A DNA stretch of 64,000 nucleotides from Stegostoma tigrinum (Eukaryota), in the NCBI RefSeq assembly GCF_030684315.1, contig NC_081391.1:20792629-20856628 (forward strand), written 5' to 3'. How positions within the stretch are numbered: the stretch's first letter is position 1; each line of letters opens with the position of its first letter. The notes under the pieces are model-generated. The model was given only the letters and a program-made list of their open reading frames with translations. It searched no databases and was not told where the DNA came from. Shown piece after piece: positions 13,291-29,419 of the stretch. The translations under genes and the position numbers were made by a program.

Positions 13291-14910
13291 ATTCTGGGTT
13301 AGCTACATACCATGAAGAGATGAGAATGTTGATGCTCTCTAAGTCTGTGGCTCACCATTGATCGTAGAACACAAAGGGAGGCCATTTCATGCTGTGCCTG
13401 TGCGAACTATGTAACTCCTTACATTCCCCTGCTCTTTCCTGATGGCATTGCAAATGTCTTTGCTTTTTTGAGTAAATCCAATTTTTTTTTAAAATTAGTA
13501 TCACCATCTTTCAGAGAGTGAATTCCAGGTTATTCTCATTGCTCCTAACAATTTCTCTTCTCCCCCTCTCATTTTTTTTAAACCTTGGGTGACAGTTTCT
13601 GTGAGATCCCAGGTGTTAATGTCAACTGTCAGTTCAAAACTGGTTCAGTCCTAGATCAGATGATTGGGAGGACCAGACCTTGGATGAGGTTCCCAAATTC
13701 ATAATGGCTCCAGGCAGAGGGGGGGCAAAACAATCAAGGGACGATCAAGTCATTCCACTTCTTTATCTGTCCATCCTTTGTACCAAAGCAAATGAATTTG
13801 GACTTTCAAAGGATCCAATTTGACCACAAATTCTTCAGTTGACCAGAGGTCTTTTAAAATCAAAGCTTCTACAAGAAGAGATTATAATGCAACACAGGTT
13901 AGAAATGAGAGGTCAGTGCAAAAATACTAAGTTTGAATTAAAAAAAATCTGTACAGAGTATTCTATGACAAGCAGAAAAATAGGACATTCGAGTCATTGT
14001 GTTGAGTGATAATGGCAATTGACACGTGAGACTCAAGATGCTGGCCCCTTTGGATCAGATGGAAGGTCTTAGTCCTAGTTCCTTGAATCTGTTGTTTCTT
14101 TTGGGCACTTCTGAGCAAGGACTAGTCCTCCAGGAAAAAACCGTGTGATTGCATGTTGTATCACTTAGTCACTACTGAGATAGTCTGTAGGCGTGACCTA
14201 GTAAAAGTGAGTTTGCCTTTCATTGATATCATTCTGAACATCCCACAGATCTATACTCCACTAAGTGTAAGGACAAAGCTTGCCCCAGCCAATTCCTGCC
14301 CTCTCTCAAAAGAGATAAAACCTACTTCATCCCCTCCCAAAAGGGGGCCACTGCTTGTTCAGGACAGTGGCGAAAGCAGTGATTTGTGCTACTCTGGAAC
14401 AGTTCACTCAGTTGGCAAGTAGCATTGTCAGGAAGACCTAAAAACCTCACTATTGAGGCCATGCCTGAGAAACTCATCCCTTGCCCTGGAATATTCGAGG
14501 AGCTAGTCTTGTTTGTTAGTGGAAGCCAGCCAAATATTGCAAGTGCTGGTAAAAGGTAGAGCAGTTTCTATTCAGTAAGAAAAGAATCAAATTCATCATC
14601 AGGTTTGCCAGGCAAATTCTCCAAGAAAGAAGAGTGTACTAGAAATGCAAATGATTGGCAAATAAAATTGTTGACAGAAGTGTTGTGAGCTCCATGATAG
14701 AACAATCACACTGGCTCAAATTAGAGCACTGTCTTGCCTTGGAGTGAGAAAAACCAAGAACAACCATGAAAAGACAGGACTCTGACTCCAGTCTAAACTG
14801 ATCAATTTATTCAGACAGTCATTGAGCATTTCACTAAAGCCAGATCACCCAGCACCACAAGGTCTCACTGATACAAGTACATAACACTAAACTTGCTCCC
14901 TGCAGTCAGT

Positions 14911-17149
<2,239 letters not shown>

Positions 17150-18185
17150 TTCTAACAGAAGAAACTCACACAGTATCCTAACTCTCAGCTTGTATATTTA
17201 GCCTAATATGGCTAGCACCACCTTTAATAGCAAGGCTCCTAGTTCAGCTGGTAATTGATCACTCCCAATAACCAATCGGAGCACTGTTCTCATCAAAAGT
17301 CACCAATTACAAGATGCAATGGATATTTTGGACCAGGGAACATTTTGGTGATAGATTCTGATTGGATGATTATCACAGGAAAGTACGAAATATTTGACCA
17401 TGTGTTTTATAAACTGTAAACTTTCCAAAAACTAAATATAAAGATGCACTGGGGCGCTTGTGGTAGGGTCTCTACCTCTGAGCCTAGAGGCCTGGCTTCC
17501 AGCCCCACCTCTTCCAGAGGTGTGCCTTATCACACTTGAGCAGGTTGCTTAGAAATGCCTGTACTGGGGCTCTTATTCTGTACGAGTAATGTCCCCACCT
17601 CTGAGTTAGAGGGTTCAAGTCCCACCTGCTCCAGGGTATGCCATTACATACCATGTCATTACAGATATCAGTAAGGACTTACTGCATTTCCACAGTGCCA
17701 CCAAATGTATTGGCACAGGATGTGGAGCTTTGAGGGAGAAATGTATGGCTCAGCCAAAGGATGTTTTGGTTAAATAAGCAATATGTCATTTTGGCAGGAT
17801 GTGTCGGCGCATGCTGTTGGAGCAGGAGGGTGCAGGCCAGTCCGTGGAGTTCAGGTGGCATGTTGGGGGAACTGGGTGTCACTCTGACTGCCTGCTTCTC
17901 TTCCACAACTTTACAGTTGCCTGTGTGGTCCTGGAGAGAAGCTGCATGCAGCATTCGCTGGTAAACTTTATACCAACTGTGTATCCCAAGGATTTGGAGA
18001 GTCTTGCATCAATAGTATGATCCAGCCTCAGCAAGGAAAGTACCCTTTTTGTATTAATGGCAATTTGTCCTCACATTGTCATCCTTTTAGTTGACTGGAT
18101 CAACCCATATTAGTCATGGCCTAGAAAAGGGACATTTCACTACAGCCCCACTCTGCTGTTGGCCACTTGAAACAGAGAAAAGCTG

Positions 18186-18485
18186 CAGGACGCACAGTGG
18201 CTCAGTGGTTAGCCCTGCTGCCTCACAGCACAGGGGACCCAGGTTCAATTCCAGCCTCGGGTGACTGTCTGTGTGGAGTCTGCTCGTTCTCCCAGGGTCT
18301 GCGTGGGTTTCCACTGGGTGCTCTGGTTTCCTCCCACAGTCCAAAGCTGTGCGCTTTAGGTGGACTGGTCATGCTAAATTGCCCGAGCTCAGGGATGTGT
18401 AGATTGGGTGGATGAAAGGTGGGAGGGTTGGTGTGGACTTGTTGGGCTGAAGGGCCTGTTTCCACACTGTAGGGATTCTATGACT
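18186..18485 (+). mobile_element. tRNA-derived SINE (HE1-like)
   Basis: cacagtggctcagtggttagccctgctgcctcacagc...ggttcaattcc (A and B boxes), ending gggcctgtttccacactgtagggattctatg. Confidence 0.87.
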
Positions 18486-20089
18486 TCTTCATATTTCAAC
18501 TTCTAGTCTTGGCCAACTCCTGGTCCAGGCACAGCAAAATTTTGGGGACCAGTTATCTCAGCTGCCTGGGTCCCTTCTGTGGCTTTAGCTGTGCCCAAGT
18601 GTCCCTGATCATGGGCCACACAATGCATGGAACACTTGGGATTCCTGCAATCAATCTATACAGTTGAGACTAGACTGCAGGCTGGCAAAAGGGAAGGAAA
18701 TCATCGTTTGATAGTTCTTTACTGCTGCTTTAATTTACTAATTTGTTAGAATTCTACTGCTCATGACCCATTAAAAACTCGGCACTTAATGGTTTACAAA
18801 ATGGAATCTGATTGAAGCTTGAACATAGCGAGACTTGTCACAGTGTTCATGTCACTGGGCCAATTAATCCAGAATGCCGGTCTAATTCAAGGAGTCTTTG
18901 GACAATGACTGGGATGAAAATAACATGCATGGGCGTGGGGGTTAAAACAGGGGAGTGGCACCAGGTGATGTTAACTTAGTAAGCTGGTGCAAGCAGGACG
19001 GGCCAAACAGTCTCTTTCTGCCCCATGACACTTCTGTGATTCTGTCATGTTACTGGGAGCAGGGGTTCTAATGTCACCAACGCAGATGATGATGTCTGAA
19101 TTCAGTAGAAGTCTGGAGTGACAAACATAGCCTGATTGCCAGGGTATGACCATTGCAGATTGCCATAAAAACCCATCTGGTTCACTAAAGTCCTTTAAGG
19201 AAGGAAATCTGCTGCCCTTACCTGGTCTGGACTACATGTGACTCCAGCTCCACCACGACTGATGGCTGCTTATCCAATGATGTCAGCCCACCTTGAAAGA
19301 GTTAATATTAAAAAAACTATCCCAACTGGTGTCCAGATAAAACCCTTTGACCTAGACTTTAGAAGAGCCACATAAGGCTTTTGTTCATGTCAATGTTATT
19401 GAATCATCCTAAGAGAGTCAGAGGCATGGACAGAGCCAGCTCGCCGCCCTGCATGAGCTACTGTTCGTGACAAAGGCTGTTGCTGCCTTCCCCTTTAAGT
19501 ATAGGAAACTACAGAGCCTGTTTAGTTTCGATCGGCGAGGGAAACCGCCTCCTGATCTAACTAGAAGAGTCTCTTGTGGTGAACAAGGTACACTTTATTT
19601 GCATGTTAGCAATGAGTTACCGGTTACACTGATATGATGGACATTGTTACCAAGACTTTGAGAAAGGCAGGATGTCAGCTCTCCTTCCTTCAAGATTCTA
19701 AACTGTTCTGCCAACAAGTCCACATGACACCATCGTAGTAGGTGGTCCTTGTGGCGCTCCTCAGTATTAATCCGTTCAGTGACATCACCAAGGCTAACAC
19801 CCAATACTGGCTTCTTATCAACACTAAATAGGTGGGAAAATAACAGAAACAGAAGTTGCTGGAAGAACTCAGCAGGTCTGGCAGCATCTGCGAAGAGGAA
19901 CGAGAGTTAACGTTTCAACCTGAAACAGTTCAACCTGAAACATTAACGTTGATTTCTCTTCACAGATGCTGCCTGAACTACTGAGCTCTTTCAGCAACTT
20001 CCGTTTTTGTGTCTGATTTACAGACTCCGCAGTTTTTTTTTCAGTTTAAGGTGGGAAAGTAAGTTGTACTGAACAAATAAGACATTTAC

Positions 20090-20945
20090 AAATAGATAGA
20101 GATAGGTGAGGAGAATGGGCCAAAGTTTGGCAAACGAATTTTAACACAGATGAGTTTGAGGTTTTCCATGTTGGTCAGAATAACCGAAGGCAACTTATGA
20201 TCTAAATAGAGAAAAACTTGAGAGAGCTTTGGTGCAGAGGAATCTGGGTATCCTCGTGCATGCATCACAGTAAACTCCTTTGTTGGTCCAGCAGCTAATA
20301 AGGAAGGGAAATGGAATTTGGGCATTTGTTGCTAAAGGAAGAAAAATATAAAAGTGGGGAAATGATGTTGCAACAGTACGAAGGATTTGTGAGACCACAC
20401 TTGGAGTATTGTGCACAATTTTGGTCCCCTTACTTGTGGAGAAAATGTAGTTATATTGAACCAAGTTCAGAGGAGGTTCATTAGATTGATTCCATAAATG
20501 AGGAGTTTGTCTGAGGCAGTGAGATTGACAGTTTTGGCCAACACTCTCCACAGGTTGGAAGGATGAGAGAGATCTAATTGAGATGCACAAGACGCTAAAG
20601 GGCATTGACATAGGGGACACAGAAATGATGTTTCCTCACATTGGGCAATCTAGACTGAGAGGTCACAGTTTTAGGGCAAGGGGCAGCAAATATAAAACAG
20701 AGGCAAGGAGGAATCACTTCTCTCAAAGAGTCAAGAATCTGTGGAACACTCTATCAGAGAGTGTGGTGGATGCTGAGACATCGAGTAAATTATAATAAGC
20801 AGATAGGTATATTTTTCATCAATTACAAATTAAAAGGGGTAATAGAGAGACCAGGCAGGAAAGTGGAGTTGAGGCTAAGATGATATCAGCTATCGTCAAA
20901 GGGGCTGACCGGTGTACTTCTGCTCCTAGGCCTTATGTACTTACA
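20090..20945 (+). mobile_element. CR1-clade LINE 3' fragment
   Basis: gagaccacacttggagtattgtgcacaattttggtcccct (RPHLEYCAQFWSP) and ORF 20583-20795 SRLRGHSFRARGSKYKTEARRNHFSQRVKNLWNTL. Confidence 0.85.
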
Positions 20946-20999
20946 TTCTAATTCACAGGATGGGAGCATCTCTGGCTGGGCCATCCTAAATTACACTTG

Positions 21000-21830
21000 A
21001 GATATTGGAGGTGTGCTATCTTCTTGAACTGCTGTAGTACAGCCACAATACTGTTGGGGGTGGGGTTACAGGATTTTGACCTGGTGACAATGCTAGAACA
21101 ACTATATATTTTTAAGTCAGGCTAGTAAGTGATCTGGAGAGGAACTTGTAGGTGGCGGTGTCCCAAAGTATACCCTGTCCTTCAATGATGTTGAAGTTGT
21201 GGATTTGGAAGATGTTGTCAGTAGAGCCTTGACAAGTTGGTGCAGTGCATCTTGTAAATGGGACCCACTGCTGCTACTGTGTAGCCAAAGGAGTGAATAT
21301 TCACACGGGGGGGGGTATGCCAAGCAAGCCTTTCTGAGGCCAACTTTTGAGTTGCAAGATCTTTTCTCAACATACCCGATTCAGCATGATGTAAATACCA
21401 AACACATGATAAAGGGTGTCCTTAACGTGAAGACAAGACTTTTCCTCTGCAAGCACAGTCACTCTTGCCAACTCTGTTGCGGAGAGCTGGATTTCTGTTG
21501 GGTACATTGTTGATGAAGAAATTTCTCTCTTGTGTTGACTCCTGCAGCATCTACTGAAACCCTGTCTGGCAGATAAAACTTCAGGACTAGGCCAACACTT
21601 AGGCTATTGAAATACTTTTGATGTTGGACATTGATGGTCTCCATCAAGAGTGCATTCTGTTCCTTTCCTGCGCTCAGCATTTTTCACGAGTGGTGTTCAT
21701 CCTGGTGGATTCACCTGCTATACGTGGTAGTTGATGGGAGATTTCCTTGCCCAAGTTTGATGCAATGCCATTGGGCTGCATGGGGTCCAGAGCTCATGTT
21801 AAGTCTCTCAGTCTCGCTCCATCCTGACTG
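21000..21830 (-). mobile_element. Decayed LINE fragment (family of 12330-13290)
   Basis: Reverse-complement similarity to the 12900-13290 tail. Further remnants around 22240-22460. Confidence 0.55.
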
Positions 21831-21899
21831 TGTATCATTGTGCTGCTCCCTCTGGTAAGTTTGGCCTGGTGATTATACAGGACATAGCCAGAGCTAGAG

Positions 21900-22238
21900 A
21901 TAGAATCATAGAATACATACAGTGTGGAAACAGGCCATTCGGCCCATTGGCTCCACGCTGACCCGCCAAGGAACATCCCGCCCAGACCCATCTCCCTATC
22001 TTATCGCTGCAACACCATGTTTCCCATGGCCAATCCACCTAGCCTACACATCCCTGGATACAATGGGCAATTTAGCATGGGCGATTCACCCTAGCCTGCT
22101 CATCTTTGGACTGTGGGAGGAAACCGGAGCACCCAGAGGACACCCGTGCGGGCACGGGGAGAATGTTCAAACTCCACACAGACAGAGGATAGAATTGAAG
22201 CCGGGTCCCTGGCGTGCGAGGCAGCAGTGTTAAGCACT
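21900..22238 (-). mobile_element. tRNA-derived SINE (HE1-like)
   Basis: Same family as 5291-5596, with a tagaa-type tail at 21900-21920. Retained CpGs suggest a younger copy. Confidence 0.82.
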
Positions 22239-22885
22239 GGGATGAAAGAGTCAGGATTATTGGCTGAAAGACATGAGATTGGCTATTTCAGACTGTTGTT
22301 TGTCCAATCTGTGGGACAGCTCCCCCAACGTTGGTCCTACTCCCCAGACATTAATAAGCAGGATGCAGCCGGGCTGCGTGTGCCCTCTCGCCAATTTTAA
22401 TGCTTAGTTCAACGCTGGGTGGTCTGTCCAGCTTTGTTCCCATCTGAGTTTTGTGTAGCAACTTGATCCAGCTGTGTGCCCTACCAGACCATGTCAGAGG
22501 GCGGCTCAGAATCAGAAATTGCACCAAATTAAAAAAAGATATTGCAGATTCCTTTCTTCTGTTTGCATCCCTCAGCTGCCTCGAAGGGTTGTGCACTCAT
22601 CTGAACAATCTTTAGTCCAATCTATTGAATCACTAATCCAAGCAATTAAACCACAGTTTAGGTTGATTCAGCTGACTGCCGGATATCGAGAGATTAGGAT
22701 TAAGGTCTCTATTTAACTTTGGAATTTCTACTGTCCACAGTGATGTTGCCATGATGTCAATAACTTCCTGCTCTCCACTAACTTTATTAGCAGGCTAGGT
22801 CTTTCTCTGTCTGAGAACTATATTAAATTTTGCCCTTAATGTTGTTTCCTGTTTTAGTCCTTGTTTGCTATCTGTTCCAAGGCTT

Positions 22886-23172
22886 TAGTGGCTCAGTAGT
22901 GAGCACTGCTGCCTCACAGTACCAGGGGCCTGGGCTTGATCTCAGCTTTGGATGGCTGAATGGAGTTTTGTGTCTCTATGGGTTTCGTCCCACAATCCAA
23001 AGATATGTAGGTTGGTTGGGTTGGCCATGCTAAATAGCCCATAGCGTAGGTTAGCTGGATTAGCCATTGGAAATACAGGGATACGGTAGTGGAATGAGTC
23101 TGGGTGGGATGCTGTGTGGAGAGGTGTGATGGACTTGTTAAGCTGAATGGCCTGTTTCCACAGGCTAGGAAT
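22886..23172 (+). mobile_element. Degenerate HE1-like SINE
   Basis: tagtggctcagtagtgagcactgctgcctcacag...gctgaatggcctgtttccaca. Confidence 0.75.
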
Positions 23173-24113
23173 TTAGAAAGAGCCTAATTACAGCCTTAAA
23201 CTGGTTACAGTAATTTTAGTTATTCTACATCTAAAATTAAATGTAGTTAGTAGTTAACTCCCCTTCAGGAAGGGGTACAAGCTGGTCTGGTTTGTGGAGT
23301 TCACCAATAGGGGTACTGGTGGTTATCTAGCTTCTAAACAACAAGCCCAAAATTCATTCTAAGTTTCTAGTTATGAAGCTCAACGATATGTAATTTGGCT
23401 TCAATTTCAGTTTTGGGTATTATTGCTGAAGATAACTGCTCCAGCAGTTTGGTGAAGTAAATAAGCTTGTATCTTCAGTCGGCTGGCTTTAACTGTATCG
23501 GTACAATATTCATGCAGTTTGAATTCTTTTGTAGTCGTCTTACTTTGACCGGGATGATGTGGCTCTGTGTCATTTTGCTGAGTTCTTCAAGGAATACGTG
23601 GAATGGGAACACTCTGAGAAACTGATGGCATTCCAGAATGAATGTGAAGGCAGCGTCCTCCTGCAGGACATCAAGATTGGTCTATCCTCCTACATTACAA
23701 CCACCTGAGCTAGACATGGATTTGAAACATAAGTACCCCTGAGGTAATGCAGTAATGCTATAATGCACAACTTTCCAATTATCTTTCGCTCATTTTTGAT
23801 ATAGTGACACATCTGTCTCTTCCCTCCCTCCAGAAGCCAGGGCAGGGTGAGTGGGGCAATGGTCTGGAGGCAATGCAGAGAGCTCTGCAGATGGAGAAGG
23901 ATGTGAACCAGAGTCTGCTGGATCTGCACAAACTCACCTCTGGCAACACAGACCCTCGTGTGAGTTCCTGATGTGGGCTTTTGGACAAATTGGGCTGTAG
24001 CACCTGAGGCTATTCAGTACTATTTTTGAGTAAACATCTTGCTTGTGATCTGATAACCAGGCTCTTGAGGGCTTTTGGCCGACTGGACCTTAACAAGGGC
24101 AATAAGGCACGGT

Positions 24114-24143
24114 CTGATGAAGGGTCTAGGCCCGAAACGTCAG
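24114..24143 (+). ncRNA. Minimal type I hammerhead ribozyme motif (Penelope-associated)
   Basis: CTGATGA + A-GGGTC-TA-GGCCC + GAAA + CGTC + AG, i.e. the conserved core, a short stem II and a palindromic ACGT stem III. Lies in a Penelope-derived unit at ~24113-24249. Activity not demonstrated. Confidence 0.65.
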
Positions 24144-24249
24144 CTTTTGTTCTCCTGAGATGCTGCTGGGCCTGCTGTGTTCATCCAGCCTCACATTTTA
24201 TTATCTTGGATTCTCCAGCATCTGCAGTTCCCATTATCACTGATACAAT

Positions 24250-26270
24250 AAGCCAGGGTAGGTGGCTGCAGTGTCAGTGGGGGAGCATATTATTAGAGCC
24301 AGGAACCATAAATTTGTTTTTTGCAAAATAGTGATGGAAAAGCAGAAACCAGTTACCTTTAAAAAAAGTCAAAATTGGCCACCTTCCAATTTAGAAGGTA
24401 CTAGGCAAGAACTTCCAAAAGCTTACTGGGACAGACCTTTGCAGGTAAAGGATGGCTAGAAAAATGGGAAGCTCTCAAAAATGAGAATTGCCCAGAGACA
24501 CTGTTCCTGTTAGGTTGGAAGGCAAGGCTGATAGGTGTAGGAATGCTCGATGACAAGAAAAATTGAGGTTTAATGAAAGGAAACATCCATCAGGCATGGG
24601 CATCAGCCTAAGTATACTCTTACTGCCTTTATGTTCTAAAGAAGGAAATCAGGACAGCAAAAAGGGGACATGAAAGCTTTGGCAAATAGGGTTAAAGCAA
24701 ATCCAAAGGACTCTACAAAAAGCTTGAGGAGAAAAGTGTCCCTATGTGTGGAGTCCCAAGAGCTGTGGAGATACTAAACAAGTGTTTTTCCACAATATTT
24801 AATGTGGAGAAGCTTGTGGAAGATGTAGAACATGGAAAATAGTGATATCTTGAAAGAGCTCAGCATCAGAGGTGGTGCTGGACATCTTAAAACACATAGG
24901 TGGACAAATCCTTCGGACCTAAGTAGCTGTACCGTAGAAATCTGGAGTGATTGCTGGGCCCCTTGCTGAGATAGTTGTATCATTTGCTATCAAATTTCCT
25001 ATCTAAAGATAGGAGGTTAATGTGGTAAGGAAAGGTTAGAGAACTATAGACCAATGAGTCTGACATTTGGTGTTGGGCAAGTTTGAGGGAAAGGATTTTA
25101 AGTCCTTTGCCAAGGCAAGGACTGATTAGGAATAGTCAACACAGCTTTGTATGGGAAATTGTCTCTAACTTCATTTGAAGAAATAATGAAGAGGATTGAA
25201 GGCAGAGAAGTGGGTGTGATCCAAATGGACTTCAGTAAGTCATTGAACAAAATCCCTCTTGCTAGACTGGTAAGCAAGGCTGCATCATATGGAATACAGG
25301 GAGAATTAGTCATTTGAATACTGAACTGGCTCAGGTAGACAAAAGGTAGTGGTGGGCGGTTCTTTTCAGACTGGAAACCTGTGACCAATAGTGTCACAAG
25401 GATTGATGCTCTGATGAAGGGTCCAGGCCCGAAACATCAGCTTTTGTACTGCAGAGATGCTGCTTGGCCTGCTGTGTTCATCCAGCTCCACACTTTGTTA
25501 TCTTGGATTCTCCAGCATCTGCAGTTCCCGTTATCTTTGATGCTGGGCCTGCTGCTTTTCGTCCTGTATCATTCAGATGTGAGGTATGGTTAGTAAGTCT
25601 GCAGATATCCTCAAAATGGAGGTGTATTGGACAGTGAAGAAGGGCACCTAGAGCAATTGGATCTCCATCAGATAGCTCAATGGGCTGGCGTGGGAGATGG
25701 CATTTAATTTAGATAAATGTGAGGTGCTGGATTTTGGAAATACAGATCAGGACTTGGAACGCTTGGCTTTATTGGTCAGCTCCTTGAGTATAGTAGGTGA
25801 AGTCATGGTGTGGCTGCACACAAGTGGTTATTCCACTTTGGAATACAACACGTGATTCCCATCCCCAGCTAATAAGGATATTCTGAAACTTGAAAAGGTT
25901 CAAAAGGTTTTAAGGGTGGTGCCACAGCAGGGAGAGGCTGAGTAGGCTGGAGCATTGCCCTGGAGTGTCAGGAGCTGAGGTGGGGATGCGGGAACCTTGA
26001 GGGGCATGTTTACAGAAATAGTCAGAACATTCCCCAGGGCGGAGTCCAAAACTAAAGGGCATTAGTTTAAGGTGAGGCAAAGATTTAAGAGATCTAAGGG
26101 ATACCTCTCCACACAAGGTTGTGTCTGGAATGAGTGTTGGGAAGCGATGGCTTATATAATGACAACACTTAAAAGGCATCTGGATGGGTATATGAATGGG
26201 GCGGGGAGCGGGGGGGAAGCGGTTGAGGGATATGGGCCAAATTGTGGTAAATGGGATTAGATTAAACTAA
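24250..26270 (+). mobile_element. ~2-kb decayed CR1 LINE ORF2 in intron 3 of copy D
   Basis: gagaactatagaccaatgagtctgaca (ENYRPMSLT), atggacttcagtaagtcattgaacaaa (MDFSK motif) and a CR1-like 3' end. Second Penelope-derived insert at ~25408-25537. Confidence 0.85.
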
Positions 26271-29200
26271 TCTATTTGTGGATAATTTACACTGAAGTGT
26301 CTGCTTATGCTGTACATCTGATCCAGGATCGTGACATCTCTGGATTTGGGGTCTGTATGGTAATTTCGCTACACTAGAATTATATCAGCTGTTTTCGCTT
26401 CCCCTCATTCAAGAGGAATGAACCCTTCCAAGAGAAACCACGTCTTCAATTCATTTTTCCTTTCTCCAGCTGTGTGACTTCCTGGAGAGGCACTACCTGG
26501 ATGAGCAAGTGAAGATGATCAAGAAGCTGGGAGATCACATCACCAACCTGAAGAGACTGGGAGCCCCTGACAATGGCATGGGAAAGTACCTGTTTGACAG
26601 GCTCACCCTGGGGGAGAGTGACTGAACTGCCTGCAGGGAGTGAGTTTGTTGTCATGTGTCTGAATGGGAGACCTGTAGAGACTTATCCTTTTGTAGAAGC
26701 AGCTCATTGCCCTGCACCAAGTGTAAATAGACTGGTCAATAATGGACTCTCTTTCTGGGTTAATCGTTGCTGAGAGCTGTGCTGTAGCTTGATCCTGTTT
26801 TAGTTCTGTTCCTGCTGATGGGAACACTTTCCCCACTGGGCTGTGGGTTTCACTGTGTGGACCAGTGTCCTCAAGGTGAGCTGCTGCTTTCAACAATTGG
26901 GGCCATACTCTTGAAGGATTTGATACATTTTCACCAAGGAACTGTACTTCCAAGGCAGGTTGGCAAATGGCTTGGAAGGAACTTGCAGGTGGTGCTGTCC
27001 TCTTATATCTGTTGCCTGCCTTGCTTCTCGATGGAAGTGGCCTCAGTTTTGGAAGGCGCTGAGGAGCCTTGGTGAGTTTCTGCAGTGCATAGCACAGTAC
27101 AGCCTGGCGCTAAATTTTCAGTGCAGGGAGTGAATGCGGTATCAGGGTAACATAACAAATCCTAGTTAGAATCCATTCCTTCAGACAATGCAAGCTTCAG
27201 AGAAGGCCCTATCAACTGAAATTAAACTTAATGAGACTTTTGGTCAAATACCAAAACACTTGAGATTTAGTTTTTGCTGAGCAGCAACTGCTTGGTTGTC
27301 AGTCTGCAGAGTACAAGGGATTGCCCCCATATCTCTGCCATGTCCTCTTACAATTCTGGAACAAGAATCACAGTAGGTGACTAGTACTAGATCACAGGAT
27401 TGACAGCTCTATCTTATGGTTGATGTAGAATGCAGCCAACATTTCAGTGAGCCCAGCAACACAGCAGTCAGCATACCACGAGTTGCCTCACTTGAACAAT
27501 ACTAATTTTGGCTAGATCAGAAGCTGAGCCATTGTTGCCACTGGTTACCAAGGCAAAGAAATATTCAGTGTGCAATGATTCCAGTCTATCAAATTTATTT
27601 AACCCACATCCTCTTCGAGCCAGTTCCCAATATTACAGGGTGACATGTATCTGGCAAACTCTGCCTCAATCACTTGATATGAGGTGAATTGGTTACAAAC
27701 ATACAACAGCTCAAAACCTGATATCAAAGTCAACTTCCACCATTCTGTGTCTGAACAAAATTGGTCTCAAACCTTTTTGACAAAACAGCAGCAAATGCTC
27801 CATCAATTTGTATTGGTGTGAATTAGTTTTTACGCCCAATTGTGGATCAATTTTTCCAGCTGATGTTCAAACTCCATTTGTTGCAATAGCCCCCTACGAA
27901 TAGATTTGAAAGTTGACGTTGCAGCTGTAATTATCCAGCGTCTTCAGAGGTTTCGGGAATTTTGAGAAATGCAGTAGGTGTAATAAAATTCATTTATCGA
28001 CAGTTAATTCCTTTGCATCTCCTGGGGAAGGTTTCAGGCACAACTTGCTGTTGTGTCAAAATTCAGAAATGAGACCGCATTACTTGCCAGCTCTAGTTTA
28101 TTCATCACCAGCCTTGTCACTATCGCTGCTCCTGACAGGTGCTGCCACCAAATTCAAATAATCCTGTGAAAAAGCTCTATCAATTGTTCCTGTTGCATTC
28201 AGCAGTTTCCAGACAGTCCTGTACTTGTGAAATAGCTGCATGATATCACACTGTGTGATTTTCCAGCATAAAGGTATCTGCTTTTTACTGCTTTCTCTCT
28301 AACACAGACGGTTTAGTCAGTCTGTTGTGTGAAATAGACAGTTACATTAAGGCACGCAAACCAGACTAAATGTGTTCATTGTGTAAACTACAAATTGAAT
28401 CATGGGAGCATCCCACAAACATTGACACAGAGAATGCCGTTAGCCTGCAAACCAGTGTAGATACACAAACTGAAGAACAGTGAGAGTCCATATGAGAGGC
28501 TGCCGATCTACATTCCAAGAAATAGAATTTTAAATGGCCCTTAAAGGACAACTCAAAGAACTCCTTGAAGAAAATGTATTTTAAAAGTTAAAACATTCGG
28601 TTTCTGTTTTGATAAAAAAGAATGACCTGTGTCCAGAAGTCAGCTGTTTTTCATTTTCTCCTTCCAAATTGGCAGAACAGTTGAAAACAAAAACCCCCAT
28701 GCTGTTGTGAGATCAGATTTCCCTCCGACTGAACTGCATGTAATAATTTGGGAGTAAATACCAAACCTCGTGGATATGAGTACAGTGAATAAACGTCAAG
28801 TGTATGCATGTGATGTTCAAGTTGTTAAATTCAGGCATTTCAATATCAGAACAGAACTGATGATGGTAAAAGGGTTGGAAGTTGGGATATGATCAGAACA
28901 ATGGCACAGGATAACCACCATCATGGCATCTAACTGAGGAAAGGAGTGGGTCATTGAAGAACCATGCGATGCCAGACAACTGCCATTCATAGCGCTGGAT
29001 GGTGAGAAATAACATCATTGAGCTGGTCTGTCCAGATCAAAGAGGCTGTTAAGCACTGACCATTCAGCAGAATGGCCTCAGTAAATGCACTGATGTTATT
29101 TCATTAAGGATTATCATAAGAGAAAGAACTGGCATTACAGATGGAAAGTGGGAAAGGATTGGTCGGCCTGACTCAGGCCTGCATTCAACAGAGGATGGAG

Positions 29201-29419
29201 CCGTGCTGTTGGGGATTTTGGAGATTGTGTCAGTGTTCCAGCCAAATTGGAGTGATCACAGTCTGGGAGGGGTCTGCAGTAGTGGGAGAGTCCGAATCAG
29301 TCAAGCTGGTTTGAGGGCTCATCGTTCTCACTGGAAACTGAGTGTAGAGTTGTATGCCATTTGCCATAGGGGTATTAGGGCTGAGGGCTTTTCACAATTG
29401 TTTTTCTCTCAGAGGCCAT

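Larger units (their letters stand above)
23535..26625 (+). pseudogene. Ferritin copy D, pseudogene lacking a recognisable exon 1
   Basis: Exon 2 23535-23675 has a 6-nt deletion (KEYVEWEH instead of [10 protein letters not shown]) and its donor is AT instead of GT. Exon 3 23834-23959, exon 4 26470-26625 (...LTLGESD*). I found no exon 1 or promoter between 17150 and 23535. Confidence 0.88.

Noticed and set aside
17440-17650. Two tandem ~90-bp similar units with a B-box-like ggttcaagtccc
   Set aside because: Degenerate SINE-head fragments. No cloverleaf and no CRISPR-like repeat-spacer structure.
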